From Leptospirales bacterium (GTDB lineage Bacteria > Spirochaetota > Leptospiria > Turneriellales > JAOUFE01), in NCBI GenBank assembly GCA_040326155.1, contig JBEQLE010000001.1, positions 64,001-128,000 on the forward strand: a DNA stretch of 64,000 bases, read 5' to 3'. Position numbers and translations under genes: made by a program. Below, in pieces: positions 9,980 through 21,529 of the stretch. The notes beneath the pieces were generated by a model. It was not told where the DNA came from. It did not search any database and saw nothing but the letters and a program-made list of their open reading frames with translations. The stretch's first letter is position 1, and each line of letters starts with the position of its first letter.

Positions 9980-11425
9980 TTAATGTAATTTTAACTCTTC
10001 TTCGATATCTTTCAGGGTAAGACGAAAACTTTCATCTTTGTCGGCTTTATCGCGAATTCGTTTTTCGCCATGAATAACAGTTGTGTGGTCTTTGCGTCCG
10101 AGCGCCTGGGCAATTTGAATTAAGGACATAGTAGGAATAAACCTGCGTATAACATACATACAAACGTGACGGGCCAGAGCAATGGCCTCCATACGGCTTT
10201 TACCATAGATATCTTCTGTTTTTACACCAAAAGCCTTGGCAACTGTACGTAAAATATCTTCGACGCTGATAATGGAAACATGGGCCTGCCCCTGAATATT
10301 CCCAAGCACCTCTTTTACCGATGCAAGGTCCGGCTTTCTTTTCTCATACTCAAATGAAAACTTTAAGCGAATAAGCACCGCTTCGAGAATGCGAATTTGA
10401 TCTTTTACATTCAGCGCAATATATTTAATTACTTCTTTAGGTATAGTCAGGTTTTGTTCACTGGCTTTTTTTATTAAGATAGATTCGCGCGTCTCCATGT
10501 TGGGAGGTTTAATATCAACAATAAGCCCTGACTGAAATCGACTGATCAGTCTGTCTTTGAGCATAGAGAGTTGTTGAGGCGGTCTGTCGCCGGAAATTAC
10601 AATTTGCTTGTTATTCTGGTATAAATAATTAAATGTATGGAAAATGGTCTCCTGGGTAAACTCGGCGCGGTGGCTTATGAACTGGATGTCATCGATTAAT
10701 AAAATATCGACATTTCTGTACTTTGCTTTAAAATGAGGCAGTGTATTGTTTGCGGTGGCCGTTATAAGGTCATTCTGAAAGGTCTCAGATGGAATATATT
10801 CCACTTTCATCCATGGATACCGTTTTTTAATATCGTTGGCGATAGCCATCAACAGGTGAGTCTTACCCAGTCCTACTCCGCCAAACAAATACAAAGGGTT
10901 ATGGTATTGCATCGGATTTTTCGCTACGCCTTGTGCGGCGGCAAATGCATGCTCATTCGAAGGGCCTTTAACAAACCTGTCAAAAACATAACTTTCATTA
11001 ATAAATATTTTCTGGTCGGCAACGGCTTCATTACCAGATGAATGTCTCTCTTTTTCAGGAGAATTAAATATATTCAATTGGTTGGCATCAACCTTCTTCT
11101 TTCGAGCGACAGGACGTTCCGATCCGGTTGCCGGTAGGGTTTTCTCCAACTGAAAGTCAACTTCAAGGTGATCACTGGAAATCTCACGAGCAAAACTGGT
11201 AATGATTTTCGCATAACGATTTCGAAGATGAGAAATTACTTTATCATCCGAACTGGCCAATACCAATATATTATCACTCCACTCTACTGGATGAAGATCT
11301 TTAAAAAATGCGTCAAAGAATTGAACAGGTACGGCACTTTCAAGTTTTCCGTATAGTTCATGCCAGGGTTTACCCCAACTCTCATCTTCCGACTCATATG
11401 AATCGGTTGTGGAATGTCGACTCAT
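9980..11425 (-). CDS. dnaA: Chromosomal replication initiator DnaA
   Basis: NPLYLFGGVGLGKTHLL, LLIDDIQF, RLISRFQSGL, GRKDHTTVIH motifs. Confidence 0.97.
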   Translation of the reverse strand: MSRHSTTDSYESEDESWGKPWHELYGKLESAVPVQFFDAFFKDLHPVEWSDNILVLASSDDKVISHLRNRYAKIITSFAREISSDHLEVDFQLEKTLPATGSERPVARKKKVDANQLNIFNSPEKERHSSGNEAVADQKIFINESYVFDRFVKGPSNEHAFAAAQGVAKNPMQYHNPLYLFGGVGLGKTHLLMAIANDIKKRYPWMKVEYIPSETFQNDLITATANNTLPHFKAKYRNVDILLIDDIQFISHRAEFTQETIFHTFNYLYQNNKQIVISGDRPPQQLSMLKDRLISRFQSGLIVDIKPPNMETRESILIKKASEQNLTIPKEVIKYIALNVKDQIRILEAVLIRLKFSFEYEKRKPDLASVKEVLGNIQGQAHVSIISVEDILRTVAKAFGVKTEDIYGKSRMEAIALARHVCMYVIRRFIPTMSLIQIAQALGRKDHTTVIHGEKRIRDKADKDESFRLTLKDIEEELKLH

Positions 11426-11499
11426 TTACTTCCCTCCTTCACAAAATACCAACCTTCTAGGTCTTTTTGGCAAGGGATGGATGGTCGGAAAAAGCTGGT

Positions 11500-11670
11500 T
11501 CGGCAAGCCAAATTTTATAGGTGTGACAATATTTTTTTCCACCACTGCGCACTACTAGTGTATCATTGTGAACCTAGATTATGTCACATTTACTAAATTA
11601 ATATATTCACAATATTGAATAATTCAAACATTGCAATAAAATTTATTTCTGCGGATACAGAATATTTGTA
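11500..11670. promoter_or_regulatory. AT-rich region upstream of dnaA with degenerate DnaA boxes (autoregulation or possible oriC)
   Basis: TTTTCCACC 11535-43 and ATATTCACA 11603-11 (8/9 to TTWTNCACA) plus several 7/9 matches. Confidence 0.4.
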
Positions 11671-11755
11671 CCTACAATTGCATGGACTTCAGCGGTTCAA
11701 AAACAGTGATTAAATTAACGTAAAACGTCGGTTTATATGTGTTGACCGGTCAACT

Positions 11756-12901
11756 ATGTTACATAATGTTACAGGTATGGAGACGGTCTACCTGTTTGCC
11801 ATTGGCATCTTATCTTTAGCCATTGTATACATCATATTACAATATCGCTTATCTGGAATGATCAGCGAAAAAATGGAAAAATTCTATAAAAACCAAATGG
11901 TCAATGATATGCAGGAGTTTTACCGTGAACTGGAAAGCTATTCTGCGATACTTGAATCTCGTATACTTAGGTTAAAGACCCTCGTTGATCGTCAGGAGAG
12001 TTCTGTTCGCGAATGGAATACCATCGGATTGCAGCTCGGTAAATCTAAGAAGACGAAAGAGGTTCAAGCTTTTTTAGATGACAAACAAAAAGAAGAGAAA
12101 GCTCTTTGGCGTGAAGTTGAATTATTGAAAGAAGACATATATCGAATGAAATCGAGAACTGTACCGGAATTGCAAAAACCAATGTCGGTAGCGGTGCCTG
12201 AATTCAAACAAAAAATTAAACCCGAGCCTGTAAAAACACCTGCTTCTGATACAGAAGACCAGGACTCCTCTTTGGCCGAAGAACTTATTTCCGATTTAAA
12301 CATACCGGATACGTTTGAGCGTATCGGTTCGCCCGCTTTAACAAAACCGCGACCTTCCAGTCGTAATACAACGAAACCCAAACCCAGACGAACGCCGAAA
12401 ACGGAGCCGCCACCGGAGTCTGAAATTAAACCTGAACAAAAAGAAGAGAGCATAGACAAATCGCTTCTGAATATTTTGTCCTCCATTGGAAAATCGATTT
12501 CACCGATGTTCGGAGAAAAGAAAAAAGAGGAGGGCTCTACCGATATTGTACCGGAGAACCCAGCCACAAAAGCTGATTTTCAAAATATGCTCCGAGAAAA
12601 AATGCCAGAAAATGCACCGACGGCCCCCATAGAAAAAATAATCCGTAAAAATCCAATTCCGGAAAAAGCGAAACCCGCCGACCCTGCCGAACTTCCCCTT
12701 TTTTCTACCCCGAAGGCGGTAAAAAGACTCAACCCTGAAGATCTTGTCAATTTGGTAGAAAAGTTGAATTTGTCTTCACAGCGTCCCGACGCCCTTCGTT
12801 TATTGCTTGAAAACGGGTTTAATATCGATCAGATCTCTAATCTCTCAAAAATACCGCATAGCGATCTTGAGATGACTCGAAATATCTATAACATCGAATG
12901 A
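11756..12901 (+). CDS. Hypothetical membrane-anchored protein (TM, coiled coil, Pro-rich linker, HTH-like C-terminus)
   Basis: 381-aa ORF, overlaps ispH start. Confidence 0.75.
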   Translation: MLHNVTGMETVYLFAIGILSLAIVYIILQYRLSGMISEKMEKFYKNQMVNDMQEFYRELESYSAILESRILRLKTLVDRQESSVREWNTIGLQLGKSKKTKEVQAFLDDKQKEEKALWREVELLKEDIYRMKSRTVPELQKPMSVAVPEFKQKIKPEPVKTPASDTEDQDSSLAEELISDLNIPDTFERIGSPALTKPRPSSRNTTKPKPRRTPKTEPPPESEIKPEQKEESIDKSLLNILSSIGKSISPMFGEKKKEEGSTDIVPENPATKADFQNMLREKMPENAPTAPIEKIIRKNPIPEKAKPADPAELPLFSTPKAVKRLNPEDLVNLVEKLNLSSQRPDALRLLLENGFNIDQISNLSKIPHSDLEMTRNIYNIE

Positions 12902-13869
12902 AAATGAACTCTCCTGAAAAAATGGAAAAAAAAATTATTATAGCCTCTGCCAGGGGATTTTGCGCTGGAGTCATTCGGGCTATTCATACAGTGGAACAGG
13001 CACTGAAAATTTTCGATCATCCTTTATATGTACATCACCAGATTGTTCACAATAAATATGTGGTGGAAGACCTTGAAAAAAGGGGGGTTCGGTTTATAGA
13101 AGAGCTCGATGAAATGCCCGATAATTTACCGGTAATTTTCAGTGCTCATGGGGTTTCTCCCGAAGTTCATAAAAAAGCCGCCCAAAAAAATCTTCAGGTC
13201 ATTGACGCCACTTGTCCGCTTGTTGCAAAAGTCCACACGGAAGCTATTCGTTATTCAAAAAATGGTTACCGTATTTTTTATATCGGGCATAATAATCACC
13301 CGGAAACAAAAGGTACATATGGCGAAGCTCCCGAGGCCATCACTGTAATTGAAAATGAGGCCCAGGCTGACCAGTTAATGGCTACAAAAGATAAAGCCGC
13401 CGTTTTAACCCAGACAACGCTTTCGATTTACGATACAGAAAAAGTCATTACCAGTTTAAAACAAAAGTTTCCCGACCTGGCAACTCCTAAAAAAAGTGAT
13501 ATCTGTTTTGCTACGACAAACCGCCAGGAATCTGTTTTGACTTTGTCTAATAATTGCGATTTGGTATTCATATTAGGTTCCAAAAATTCTTCAAATTCAA
13601 ATCGTTTAAAAGAAGTTGCTTTTTCTCAGAATACTCCGTCTTACCTAATTGACGGGCCCGAAGATATCGAAACCGAGTGGCTATTGAATGCTCAAACTGT
13701 TGGTATTACAGCCGGGGCCTCAGCTCCTGAATTTCTCGTCACAAAAACTATTGAGTTTTTAAAAGAGAAGTTTGGTTTTAAAAATGTCGAATATCGAAAT
13801 ATAAAAGAGGAAAATATATCATTTCAACTTCCCGAAGAATTGCAAAAATTATTGACAAAAGCACAATGA
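12898..13869 (+). CDS. ispH: 4-hydroxy-3-methylbut-2-enyl diphosphate reductase
   Basis: RGFCAGV, IVHN, DATCPLV, TQTT, ICFATTNRQ, SSNS, TAGASAP motifs. Confidence 0.97.
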   Translation: MKMNSPEKMEKKIIIASARGFCAGVIRAIHTVEQALKIFDHPLYVHHQIVHNKYVVEDLEKRGVRFIEELDEMPDNLPVIFSAHGVSPEVHKKAAQKNLQVIDATCPLVAKVHTEAIRYSKNGYRIFYIGHNNHPETKGTYGEAPEAITVIENEAQADQLMATKDKAAVLTQTTLSIYDTEKVITSLKQKFPDLATPKKSDICFATTNRQESVLTLSNNCDLVFILGSKNSSNSNRLKEVAFSQNTPSYLIDGPEDIETEWLLNAQTVGITAGASAPEFLVTKTIEFLKEKFGFKNVEYRNIKEENISFQLPEELQKLLTKAQ

Positions 13870-13890
13870 TATAATGACATTACAAATGAA

Positions 13891-15792
13891 ATGCTAAAGA
13901 ACATTAAAAACACTTTCTTCTTTAGTCTGTTAATTCTGGCTTTGAACCCATTTTCGTTGAGCGCAGCTTATAACACGGAAGATCTCGAAAGTTCCGAAGT
14001 TTTGCAGAGTTTGACGCTCAAAGCAATTCAGTTTTATCACCAGAAGAAATACGACCAGACGGCCCTTATTATGGATCGTATTCTGAAAGTATATCCGGAT
14101 GATAAAACAGCTTACGAATATTATATTAAAGCCAACGATCAATTGATACGAGCCTTAATTCTGGGAAAGCAAGCCGTTATACTGGTGAATAACGGACAAC
14201 TGCTCGAAGCGCAAGCCCGTATCGAAGAAGCCGGTCGCATTGCCCCCCACTCCCCGGCTATAAACAAGCTGGCAGAATATATTAAAAATAAATCTGAAGA
14301 TTTAAAACCACTCTCACATCTGGACGAACAGCAACGTAAAAGCTTTGAAATTCTTTTAAAAAAAGCTACGAAAGAACTCAATGAAGGACGTAACGAAGAA
14401 GCGCTTTTATTATTTCGAGACGCTTTAAAAATAGCACCGGAGTCTCCCCGCGCGGTTCGCGGTTATAACCTCGCCCTGCTACGCTCCCGTTCGGAAAACT
14501 ATTCGGAGCAAACCAAAAGGTTGTTTCAAAAGGCTGACGCGTTTCGCAAAGCAATACAATACATTAAAGCTAAAGGTGTATATGAAGAAATTCTAGCATA
14601 TGACCCGGCAAATATAAGGGCTGAAACGGGTTTAAAAGAGATGGAAAAACTTATTGCCGAACTTTCTCAGGCTGCTGAAAAATCGCAACTTGCTCAGCAA
14701 TATTACGACGAAGCTCGTGACCACCTTGACGGTAAAGAGTTCGAGAATGCCATCGAAAAATACGAACTTGGAAAAGCGACTCTCGCCCCGTATAAAAACT
14801 GGGACCAGTTAATTATCAATGCAAAAAAACAAAAAAAAGATTTTGAAAATAAAGACAGGGCGGAAAAAAGCGCCATGCTTGATAAATCTTTGAATAATGC
14901 CTTTGTATTAATTACAACAGAAAGATATAAAGAGGCAGTTAAAGAACTAAATACAGTTGTTATTATTTCTAAAGAGCTGGAGTTAGAAACATTTGAAACA
15001 CAAGCTATTGAGCTTTTGAAAAAGACACAAGAGAGTATGCGCAAACAGGAAGACGAGACTATTACCATAATTCATCCATATTATGACGCCATAAATACCC
15101 AGAAAATTCTCGGCCTTGAAGCTTATAAACGGAAAAAATATAAACTTGCTCAGGAATATTTCTCTTCCATACTCGAACTTTTTCCTAAAAACCGGTTTGC
15201 CAATATCTACAATATTAAATGCACCATTGAACTCGGTATCGGTAGTAAAACCCAGGTAATGAACGATCTAATTTCAGGTATCAATGTAAACTTGAAAAGC
15301 GGTGACAAATTCGAAGCAAAGCGTCTTTACAATATAGCCAAAGAGATTGAGCCAGGTAATGCCGAATTAAAAGCACTTTCTCCAAAGTTTGATAAAAAAA
15401 GAATAATAAACGATCTGCTAAATAGAGACGAATCTATTACCGATACACAGATCGAAAATATGTATAAAAACGCCTTAAATTTAAGCCGTTCCAAACCCAA
15501 AGAATCTATAGCAGTATTAAACCGAATTGTGAAAGCTGACCCCGCAAACACCAAGGCGCGTAAACTACTTTTACAACTTCAAAACATAGCAAAATCCAGG
15601 TCATCCACTTATGAGGCTCCCAGAATAAACTCACGCGCCCAACAATACTATGCCGACGGAATTCGTCACTACAATAATGGTAGAATAAGGGACGCTAGAA
15701 GTTCATTTATTAAAGCTCTGAGAATTGAACCATCTTATACCAAAGCAAGAAAAGCCCGTGAAAAATGCGACAAATATCTTGGTATAAAATAA
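13891..15792 (+). CDS. Exported TPR-repeat protein
   Basis: Signal-peptide-like N-terminus and repeated TPR-like helical pairs. Confidence 0.8.
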   Translation: MLKNIKNTFFFSLLILALNPFSLSAAYNTEDLESSEVLQSLTLKAIQFYHQKKYDQTALIMDRILKVYPDDKTAYEYYIKANDQLIRALILGKQAVILVNNGQLLEAQARIEEAGRIAPHSPAINKLAEYIKNKSEDLKPLSHLDEQQRKSFEILLKKATKELNEGRNEEALLLFRDALKIAPESPRAVRGYNLALLRSRSENYSEQTKRLFQKADAFRKAIQYIKAKGVYEEILAYDPANIRAETGLKEMEKLIAELSQAAEKSQLAQQYYDEARDHLDGKEFENAIEKYELGKATLAPYKNWDQLIINAKKQKKDFENKDRAEKSAMLDKSLNNAFVLITTERYKEAVKELNTVVIISKELELETFETQAIELLKKTQESMRKQEDETITIIHPYYDAINTQKILGLEAYKRKKYKLAQEYFSSILELFPKNRFANIYNIKCTIELGIGSKTQVMNDLISGINVNLKSGDKFEAKRLYNIAKEIEPGNAELKALSPKFDKKRIINDLLNRDESITDTQIENMYKNALNLSRSKPKESIAVLNRIVKADPANTKARKLLLQLQNIAKSRSSTYEAPRINSRAQQYYADGIRHYNNGRIRDARSSFIKALRIEPSYTKARKAREKCDKYLGIK

Positions 15793-15799
15793 CATGATT

Positions 15800-18670
15800 T
15801 TATAATCTTTTAATGTATTTACTTTCAGGAAAACTCTCACGCAGACGTTCGCGGTAAAGTTCATACTCTCTTACCTTTCCCGCTTTCTTAAAAGAGAGTG
15901 AACTTTTATACAAAGCTCTTTCGAAAAGATCGGAAATACCCGAATAAAGATATACAATTTTCGTGTAATCTCTCGCTGCTTTCAAATAGGCTTTTCGCAA
16001 TAAGTGAATTTCACCAAGATAATAAAATGACCACGCCGCCAGAAATTCGTCGCGTCCCTGAGAAACCTGACGAAAATAATCAAAAGCGACATCGTATTTT
16101 TTTTGATAATAATGCGCAAGTCCGGAATAATACCGGGCAACAATCGAATGGTCTTGTTCGTCCAGTAGAGGCTTTAATAACTTTATTGCTTTGTTATATT
16201 CCTTTTGCATTAACCAGATTTTTGCTTCAACAATAGTTAATTGACCAATTGTATTTTTATCATTGGAAGAATTCTTTTTTTGCTTGCCAATCAACTCAAG
16301 GGCCATTTCAACATTCCCACTCGAAGCATAAATTTCAGTCATGGTTTTTACCAGGCGAATACGGTAAGGCTCCATGTCTTCGGCGTTAGAATTCAAAAGT
16401 TTTTCACAAATACCCAGGGCTTCTTTGTATTGTCCTGTTGACGAATACATCGAAACACGAGCAAATTGAGCCTCCATTTTATCACCGGTAGTTTTCGCAT
16501 TACGTATCATTTTACGATACAATGCATCTGCCTTGGAGACCTCTCCCCGCTTACGAAAATATACACTTATAATACGTAAAATTTCTGCTCTGTATAACGA
16601 TGCAGATTTTTTCTTGGCAAGCTCATAATACACATTTTCAGCATGCTGTGGCTGTTTTACCTGCAAATAAGATTTCGCAAGAAGATAATAAACCTCTTCG
16701 ACTGAAACCGATTCAGGGTATTGTTTTAAAAAATTTCTATACTGATCAATAGCCCCCCAGAAGTCCCCCTGCAATGCAAGTATCTTTGCATAATCAAGCA
16801 AAGACCTTTCTTTAAAAGGATTGTCTTCAGGCGACTCTTTATGACATTTTAAAAACAGTCCTTCAGCCTTTTTGTAGTTTCCCGTTAAATGCAGGCTTTT
16901 CGCCTGAAAATAAAGAGCATCGGGAGCGCGTTTACCTGACGGAAATTTTTCAAGATATGTAATAAACTCTTTTTCAGCCTGTGCATAATCATTCAATCGA
17001 AAGTAGACCCATGCAATTTGAAAATAAGCCTCTTCAGCTTCCGGCTCTTCAGGATATAATTTAATTACATTTTGATAGTATTTTATGGCATCGTCGAAAT
17101 CTCTAAGATTATAACGACACGAAGCGATGGCGCTTAACACCCATGCTTTTTCACTATCATTAGAAGCGAATTTTTCATATTTTCGAAACTGGTCAGATGC
17201 GCGTTCGTATTGTTTCAACTCAAGATAAGACCACCCTACCCCCATAGCCGAGGCAAAAAATCTTCTGTGCCCTTTGTATTGGCGAAGAACAATATTATAA
17301 TATTGTAGTGCTTTGGTATAATCGGTTAAAGCGTAATAAATTTCTCCATACATAAAGTATGCATCCCCTTTCCATTGCGAATGGGGATATTTTTTGACCA
17401 GTCGATCAAGAGTGTTCAAAGCAGTGTCATACATCCCTACTTTATATAAACTCTGGGAACGCATAAACATTGTCTCAGGCGCCGATTCATCGGTCGGGTA
17501 TTCTTCATAAAAAATCTGATAAACTCTGGCAGCCTTTTCAAACTGTTTTTCAATTAATAAAAGATTACCCATTTTCAGTAAAACAACTTTTCTGGCTTTT
17601 CCTTTCAACTTAAAAGAGTCAAGCAACATCTGGTAAATTCTCAAAGCCTCATCTGTTTTACCAAAACTCCGGTAGCTGTCAGCCATTAACTCAAGCGCCT
17701 GAATATAAAATTCACTGTCCTGATAACGTTCGACCACAAGACGATAATCGGCGGCCGCTAGGGCATAATTTTCCCGAATCTGGTGTATCTGCCCTCTTCG
17801 AAAATAAGCTGAGCCAAGCTCTGACCACTTCTTATAGTTTGCAATAATGTCGTTTAAAACTTCAAATGTTTTTTCGGGGCCTTCTGTTTTATAATAACAC
17901 AAAGCAAGGTGATACTTGGCATCGGGTACAATATCGCCTTGCGTATGCTGTTCTAAAATATAAAGAAATTGCGCTTTAGCATCTTCGTATTTATTTTCAG
18001 CAAAATATGTTTTGCCTATCCATAATTGAGCTTCTTTAGTGTCAATATCTTGATATCGTAATATAACCGATTGAAACTGTTTTCTTGCTTTGGAATAATC
18101 ACGATTATTGTAATGGGCGATACCAAGTTGCAATGCAATTTCAGGCGAGATATTGCTCTTTGGATATTTATTTAATGCGTCTCTAAACGTAAAAACCGCA
18201 TCATCATATCGCTCCGTTAATATGTACATATAACCGATTGTGTATATGGCATAAGCGGCCCTTTTACTTTCAGGAAAATCTTTAATGAATTTATAATGAG
18301 TAGAGAGCGCTTGTCGGTAATCTTTTAAATAATAAAAGCATTCACCCTCCCAATAACGAGCCTTAACCTCATAAGATGAATTGGGATAATCTCGCAACAA
18401 AACTCGAAACTCAAACAAGGCCGACTTATAATCGGCTTCGTAATAGTATGTCAATGCAATGTAGTATTGAGAGTCATCGCCAAACTCACCTCGGGAATCT
18501 TTGTTCAAGATTTCCTGAAATAAAAGCCTGGCCGAATAAAAGCTTTTTTGTTGAAAAGCTTTTATTCCAGCCTGGTAGGTTCGTAAGGATGAAATTGTAT
18601 TGTCTGCCGCAAGAGAAGAGACAAAAGCCACTCCCAGAAAAGCAAGTAAAAGTGTTTGTTTACGAAGCAT
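15800..18670 (-). CDS. Large exported TPR protein (BamD/YbgF-type repeats)
   Basis: Signal peptide; many 'Y/FP.S...A.Y..G' TPR units. Confidence 0.85.
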   Translation of the reverse strand: MLRKQTLLLAFLGVAFVSSLAADNTISSLRTYQAGIKAFQQKSFYSARLLFQEILNKDSRGEFGDDSQYYIALTYYYEADYKSALFEFRVLLRDYPNSSYEVKARYWEGECFYYLKDYRQALSTHYKFIKDFPESKRAAYAIYTIGYMYILTERYDDAVFTFRDALNKYPKSNISPEIALQLGIAHYNNRDYSKARKQFQSVILRYQDIDTKEAQLWIGKTYFAENKYEDAKAQFLYILEQHTQGDIVPDAKYHLALCYYKTEGPEKTFEVLNDIIANYKKWSELGSAYFRRGQIHQIRENYALAAADYRLVVERYQDSEFYIQALELMADSYRSFGKTDEALRIYQMLLDSFKLKGKARKVVLLKMGNLLLIEKQFEKAARVYQIFYEEYPTDESAPETMFMRSQSLYKVGMYDTALNTLDRLVKKYPHSQWKGDAYFMYGEIYYALTDYTKALQYYNIVLRQYKGHRRFFASAMGVGWSYLELKQYERASDQFRKYEKFASNDSEKAWVLSAIASCRYNLRDFDDAIKYYQNVIKLYPEEPEAEEAYFQIAWVYFRLNDYAQAEKEFITYLEKFPSGKRAPDALYFQAKSLHLTGNYKKAEGLFLKCHKESPEDNPFKERSLLDYAKILALQGDFWGAIDQYRNFLKQYPESVSVEEVYYLLAKSYLQVKQPQHAENVYYELAKKKSASLYRAEILRIISVYFRKRGEVSKADALYRKMIRNAKTTGDKMEAQFARVSMYSSTGQYKEALGICEKLLNSNAEDMEPYRIRLVKTMTEIYASSGNVEMALELIGKQKKNSSNDKNTIGQLTIVEAKIWLMQKEYNKAIKLLKPLLDEQDHSIVARYYSGLAHYYQKKYDVAFDYFRQVSQGRDEFLAAWSFYYLGEIHLLRKAYLKAARDYTKIVYLYSGISDLFERALYKSSLSFKKAGKVREYELYRERLRESFPESKYIKRL

Positions 18671-18675
18671 TGATT

Positions 18676-20025
18676 CTATAATACATATTTGGAAAGGTCC
18701 TCATTTGTTATGATCGCGTCGAGCTGTTCGCGAACATATTTATCATCGATTATAATTTCCTTTCCTTTGTAATCTTCAGAATGAAACGAGATTTCTTCGA
18801 GCAACTTTTCCATGATCGTATGCAAACGTCGAGCTCCGATATTTTCCGATTTTGTATTCATCTCTGTTGCAATTTTTGCAACTTCCCCCAGACCGGAACG
18901 TTCAAACTTTAAAGCAATATCTTCGGTCGACAAAAGGGCCTGGTACTGCTTAGTTAAAGCGTTCTTCGGATTTTGCAATATCGCATTATAATCCGCTTCG
19001 GTAAGAGACTTAAGTTCTACACGAATAGGGAATCGCCCTTGAAGCTCAGGAATTAAATCGGATACCGAAGAGACATGAAAAGCGCCGGCGGCTATAAACA
19101 AGATGTGATCGGTTTTGACCGTCCCATGCCGAGTGTTCACACTCGAACCTTCTACCAGAGGTAAAATATCGCGTTGCACTCCTTCGCGTGAAATGTCCGC
19201 TGAACTTTTGGAAGCTCGTGAACTGATTTTATCGATCTCGTCAAAAAATACGATTCCGTTTTGTTCTACACCTTCAATTGCCTCAGCTTTAATTTTATCA
19301 TGATCAAGTAAATTATCCATTTCTTCTTCAAATAGTACTTTTCTCGCTTCCGAAATTGGAACTTTTTTATTAGACTTTTTCTTGGGCATCATATCGCCCA
19401 ACAGGCTTTGCATCTGGTTTTCAAGATCTTCCATCCCGGGCATTGCCATAATCTGCATACTTGGATTTTGCGATGTAGTCGTCGCCCTGACCTCAATTTC
19501 ACGATCTTCAAGATTACCGGCATGCAGTTTTTTTCGAAACATTTCGCGAATATTCTGATCTTCTTCACTTAGCGCGTCTTTAGAGCTGTCTCCGCCTGAA
19601 ACAAGAATATCCAGAATGCGCTCTTCCACTTTTTGTTCACTCACCTTCTGGTATTTTTCTTCGTGTTTTTTACGATACATCTTAATCGACATACTTACAA
19701 GATCGCGAATCATGCTCTCAACATCGCGCCCCACATACCCGACTTCGGTAAATTTCGTCGCTTCCACTTTTACAAAAGGAGCATCGACGAGCCGTGCCAG
19801 GCGTCTGGCAATTTCTGTTTTCCCAACACCGGTTGGACCAATCATTATTATATTTTTTGGATGAATCTCCTCTTGAATCGGATCGTCACCCAGTGCCATT
19901 CTTCTCACCCTGTTTCGAAGAGCAACGGCGACCGCTCTTTTAGCATCATCCTGGCCAATTATAAACTCATCTAATTTTTTTACTATTTCTTTAGGTTTTA
20001 ATCCATCTAACATATTTTTAACCAA
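18676..20025 (-). CDS. hslU: HslUV protease ATPase subunit
   Basis: [39 protein letters not shown]. Confidence 0.97.
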   Translation of the reverse strand: MVKNMLDGLKPKEIVKKLDEFIIGQDDAKRAVAVALRNRVRRMALGDDPIQEEIHPKNIIMIGPTGVGKTEIARRLARLVDAPFVKVEATKFTEVGYVGRDVESMIRDLVSMSIKMYRKKHEEKYQKVSEQKVEERILDILVSGGDSSKDALSEEDQNIREMFRKKLHAGNLEDREIEVRATTTSQNPSMQIMAMPGMEDLENQMQSLLGDMMPKKKSNKKVPISEARKVLFEEEMDNLLDHDKIKAEAIEGVEQNGIVFFDEIDKISSRASKSSADISREGVQRDILPLVEGSSVNTRHGTVKTDHILFIAAGAFHVSSVSDLIPELQGRFPIRVELKSLTEADYNAILQNPKNALTKQYQALLSTEDIALKFERSGLGEVAKIATEMNTKSENIGARRLHTIMEKLLEEISFHSEDYKGKEIIIDDKYVREQLDAIITNEDLSKYVL

Positions 20026-20563
20026 TTTCCTCTATTATAATTTCTTGATTCGTATACACACAAATATCTGCAGCAATGTACAACGACTTTTCAACGATTT
20101 CTTTTGCATTCAGTTTGGTATTTGCTATTAAAGCTTTCGCTGCCGCTGCCGCGTAGTTACCACCAGAACCAATTGCCAGTACGCCGTCTTGAGGTTCAAT
20201 AACATCTCCATTTCCTGAAATTAATAGCATTTTTTTGCCATCAGAAACAATCATCATTGCTTCAAGACGACGCAACATACGATCGGTACGCCAGTCTTTA
20301 GCAAGCTCAACAGCCGAACGCATTAAATTTCCAGAATAAGCTTGAAGCTTCTTTTCGAAAAGTTCAAGCAAAGTAAAAGCGTCAGCAGTAGAACCGGCAA
20401 ACCCCGCTATAATTTTATTCTCATATATTTTCCGCACTTTTATAGCATTGCCTTTCACCACGGTTTGACCGAGCGAAACTTGCCCGTCTCCCGCCATGGC
20501 AATTTTTCCATCTTTTTCTATGCAACAGATGGTAGTGCCATGCATTTTATTTGAATCACTCAT
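20018..20563 (-). CDS. hslV: HslUV protease peptidase subunit
   Basis: HGTTI N-terminal Thr, [16 protein letters not shown]. Confidence 0.97.
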   Translation of the reverse strand: MSDSNKMHGTTICCIEKDGKIAMAGDGQVSLGQTVVKGNAIKVRKIYENKIIAGFAGSTADAFTLLELFEKKLQAYSGNLMRSAVELAKDWRTDRMLRRLEAMMIVSDGKKMLLISGNGDVIEPQDGVLAIGSGGNYAAAAAKALIANTKLNAKEIVEKSLYIAADICVYTNQEIIIEEIG

Positions 20564-21528
20564 AATTTATTTCCTTTTTTAGCATGCGGATGACAGTTTC
20601 GAAACGTATTTTGTATTCTTTCTTTTGCTACATGCGTATAGTTTTGTGTAGTTGAAACACTCGAATGGCCCAACATCTCCTGGACAACCCGAATATCAGC
20701 TCCGGAATTCAACATATCCGTGGCAAACGTATGTCGAAGCGTATGTGGACTAACGTCTTCGTTGGCCAATAGCAGAGACTTCCGTTTCTTTAAAATATAA
20801 GCAGCGCCTCTTCTGGAGAGTCTACCACCGCGATAATTTATAAACAAAGCGGTTTTGTCCATGTTTTCCCGGTCAACACCTTTTAAAACATTTTTTAAAA
20901 CAATAGTGCGCGCTTCCAGATAAAGCTCAAGAGCCTCTTTGGCTTTTACACCAACAAAAACAACTCTCTGTTTTCCGCCTTTGCCTTCAATCACTAAATT
21001 TTCTTTTATACTGCCATTCATTTCAATAACTTCTTCAGCATTTAACGGCAACATTTCGGAAATTCTCATTCCACTGGAATACAGAGTTTCCAGAATTGCT
21101 CTGTCCCGAATTTGTATCCAGGGCAGCTGGTCGGTTCCATCTTCCAAATAACGCTCCATTTCTACAGGCCGCAATGGTTTCGGCAAAGAACGATTATATT
21201 TTGGCGAACGTAATTTCTTTAACGTGTTTTTTTCAATAATGTCATTTCGTTCGCAATACGAGTAAAACGATTTTAGACTGGCGGTTTTCCTGGCCTGAGA
21301 ACTTTTCGATATTCCCTTCTCACTACGAAGTTCGCTTAAAAATGCATACACACTTTGTTGTTCCACCGTAACCCAGTCAATTTTCTCTCGTTCAATGTAC
21401 GTTACCCACTGTGTTAAATCATTACGATAGGCATCAAGTGTATTCACCGAATAATGTTTTTCAAATTCGAGGTAGCTAAAAAATGAATTCAGCTGTGTAT
21501 CTATTTGCAAATCCATATTCTCTGGCAA
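20560..21528 (-). CDS. xerC: XerC-family tyrosine recombinase
   Basis: [24 protein letters not shown] catalytic residues; topA-xerC-hslVU context. Confidence 0.85.
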   Translation of the reverse strand: MPENMDLQIDTQLNSFFSYLEFEKHYSVNTLDAYRNDLTQWVTYIEREKIDWVTVEQQSVYAFLSELRSEKGISKSSQARKTASLKSFYSYCERNDIIEKNTLKKLRSPKYNRSLPKPLRPVEMERYLEDGTDQLPWIQIRDRAILETLYSSGMRISEMLPLNAEEVIEMNGSIKENLVIEGKGGKQRVVFVGVKAKEALELYLEARTIVLKNVLKGVDRENMDKTALFINYRGGRLSRRGAAYILKKRKSLLLANEDVSPHTLRHTFATDMLNSGADIRVVQEMLGHSSVSTTQNYTHVAKERIQNTFRNCHPHAKKGNKL

Positions 21529-21529
21529 C

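Noticed and set aside
11567..11588. CRP site TGTGA...TCACA upstream of dnaA
   Set aside because: Spacer is 12 nt rather than 6
20560..21528. xerC as the island's dedicated integrase
   Set aside because: It lies in the conserved topA-xerC-hslVU housekeeping cluster 9 kb outside the repeats
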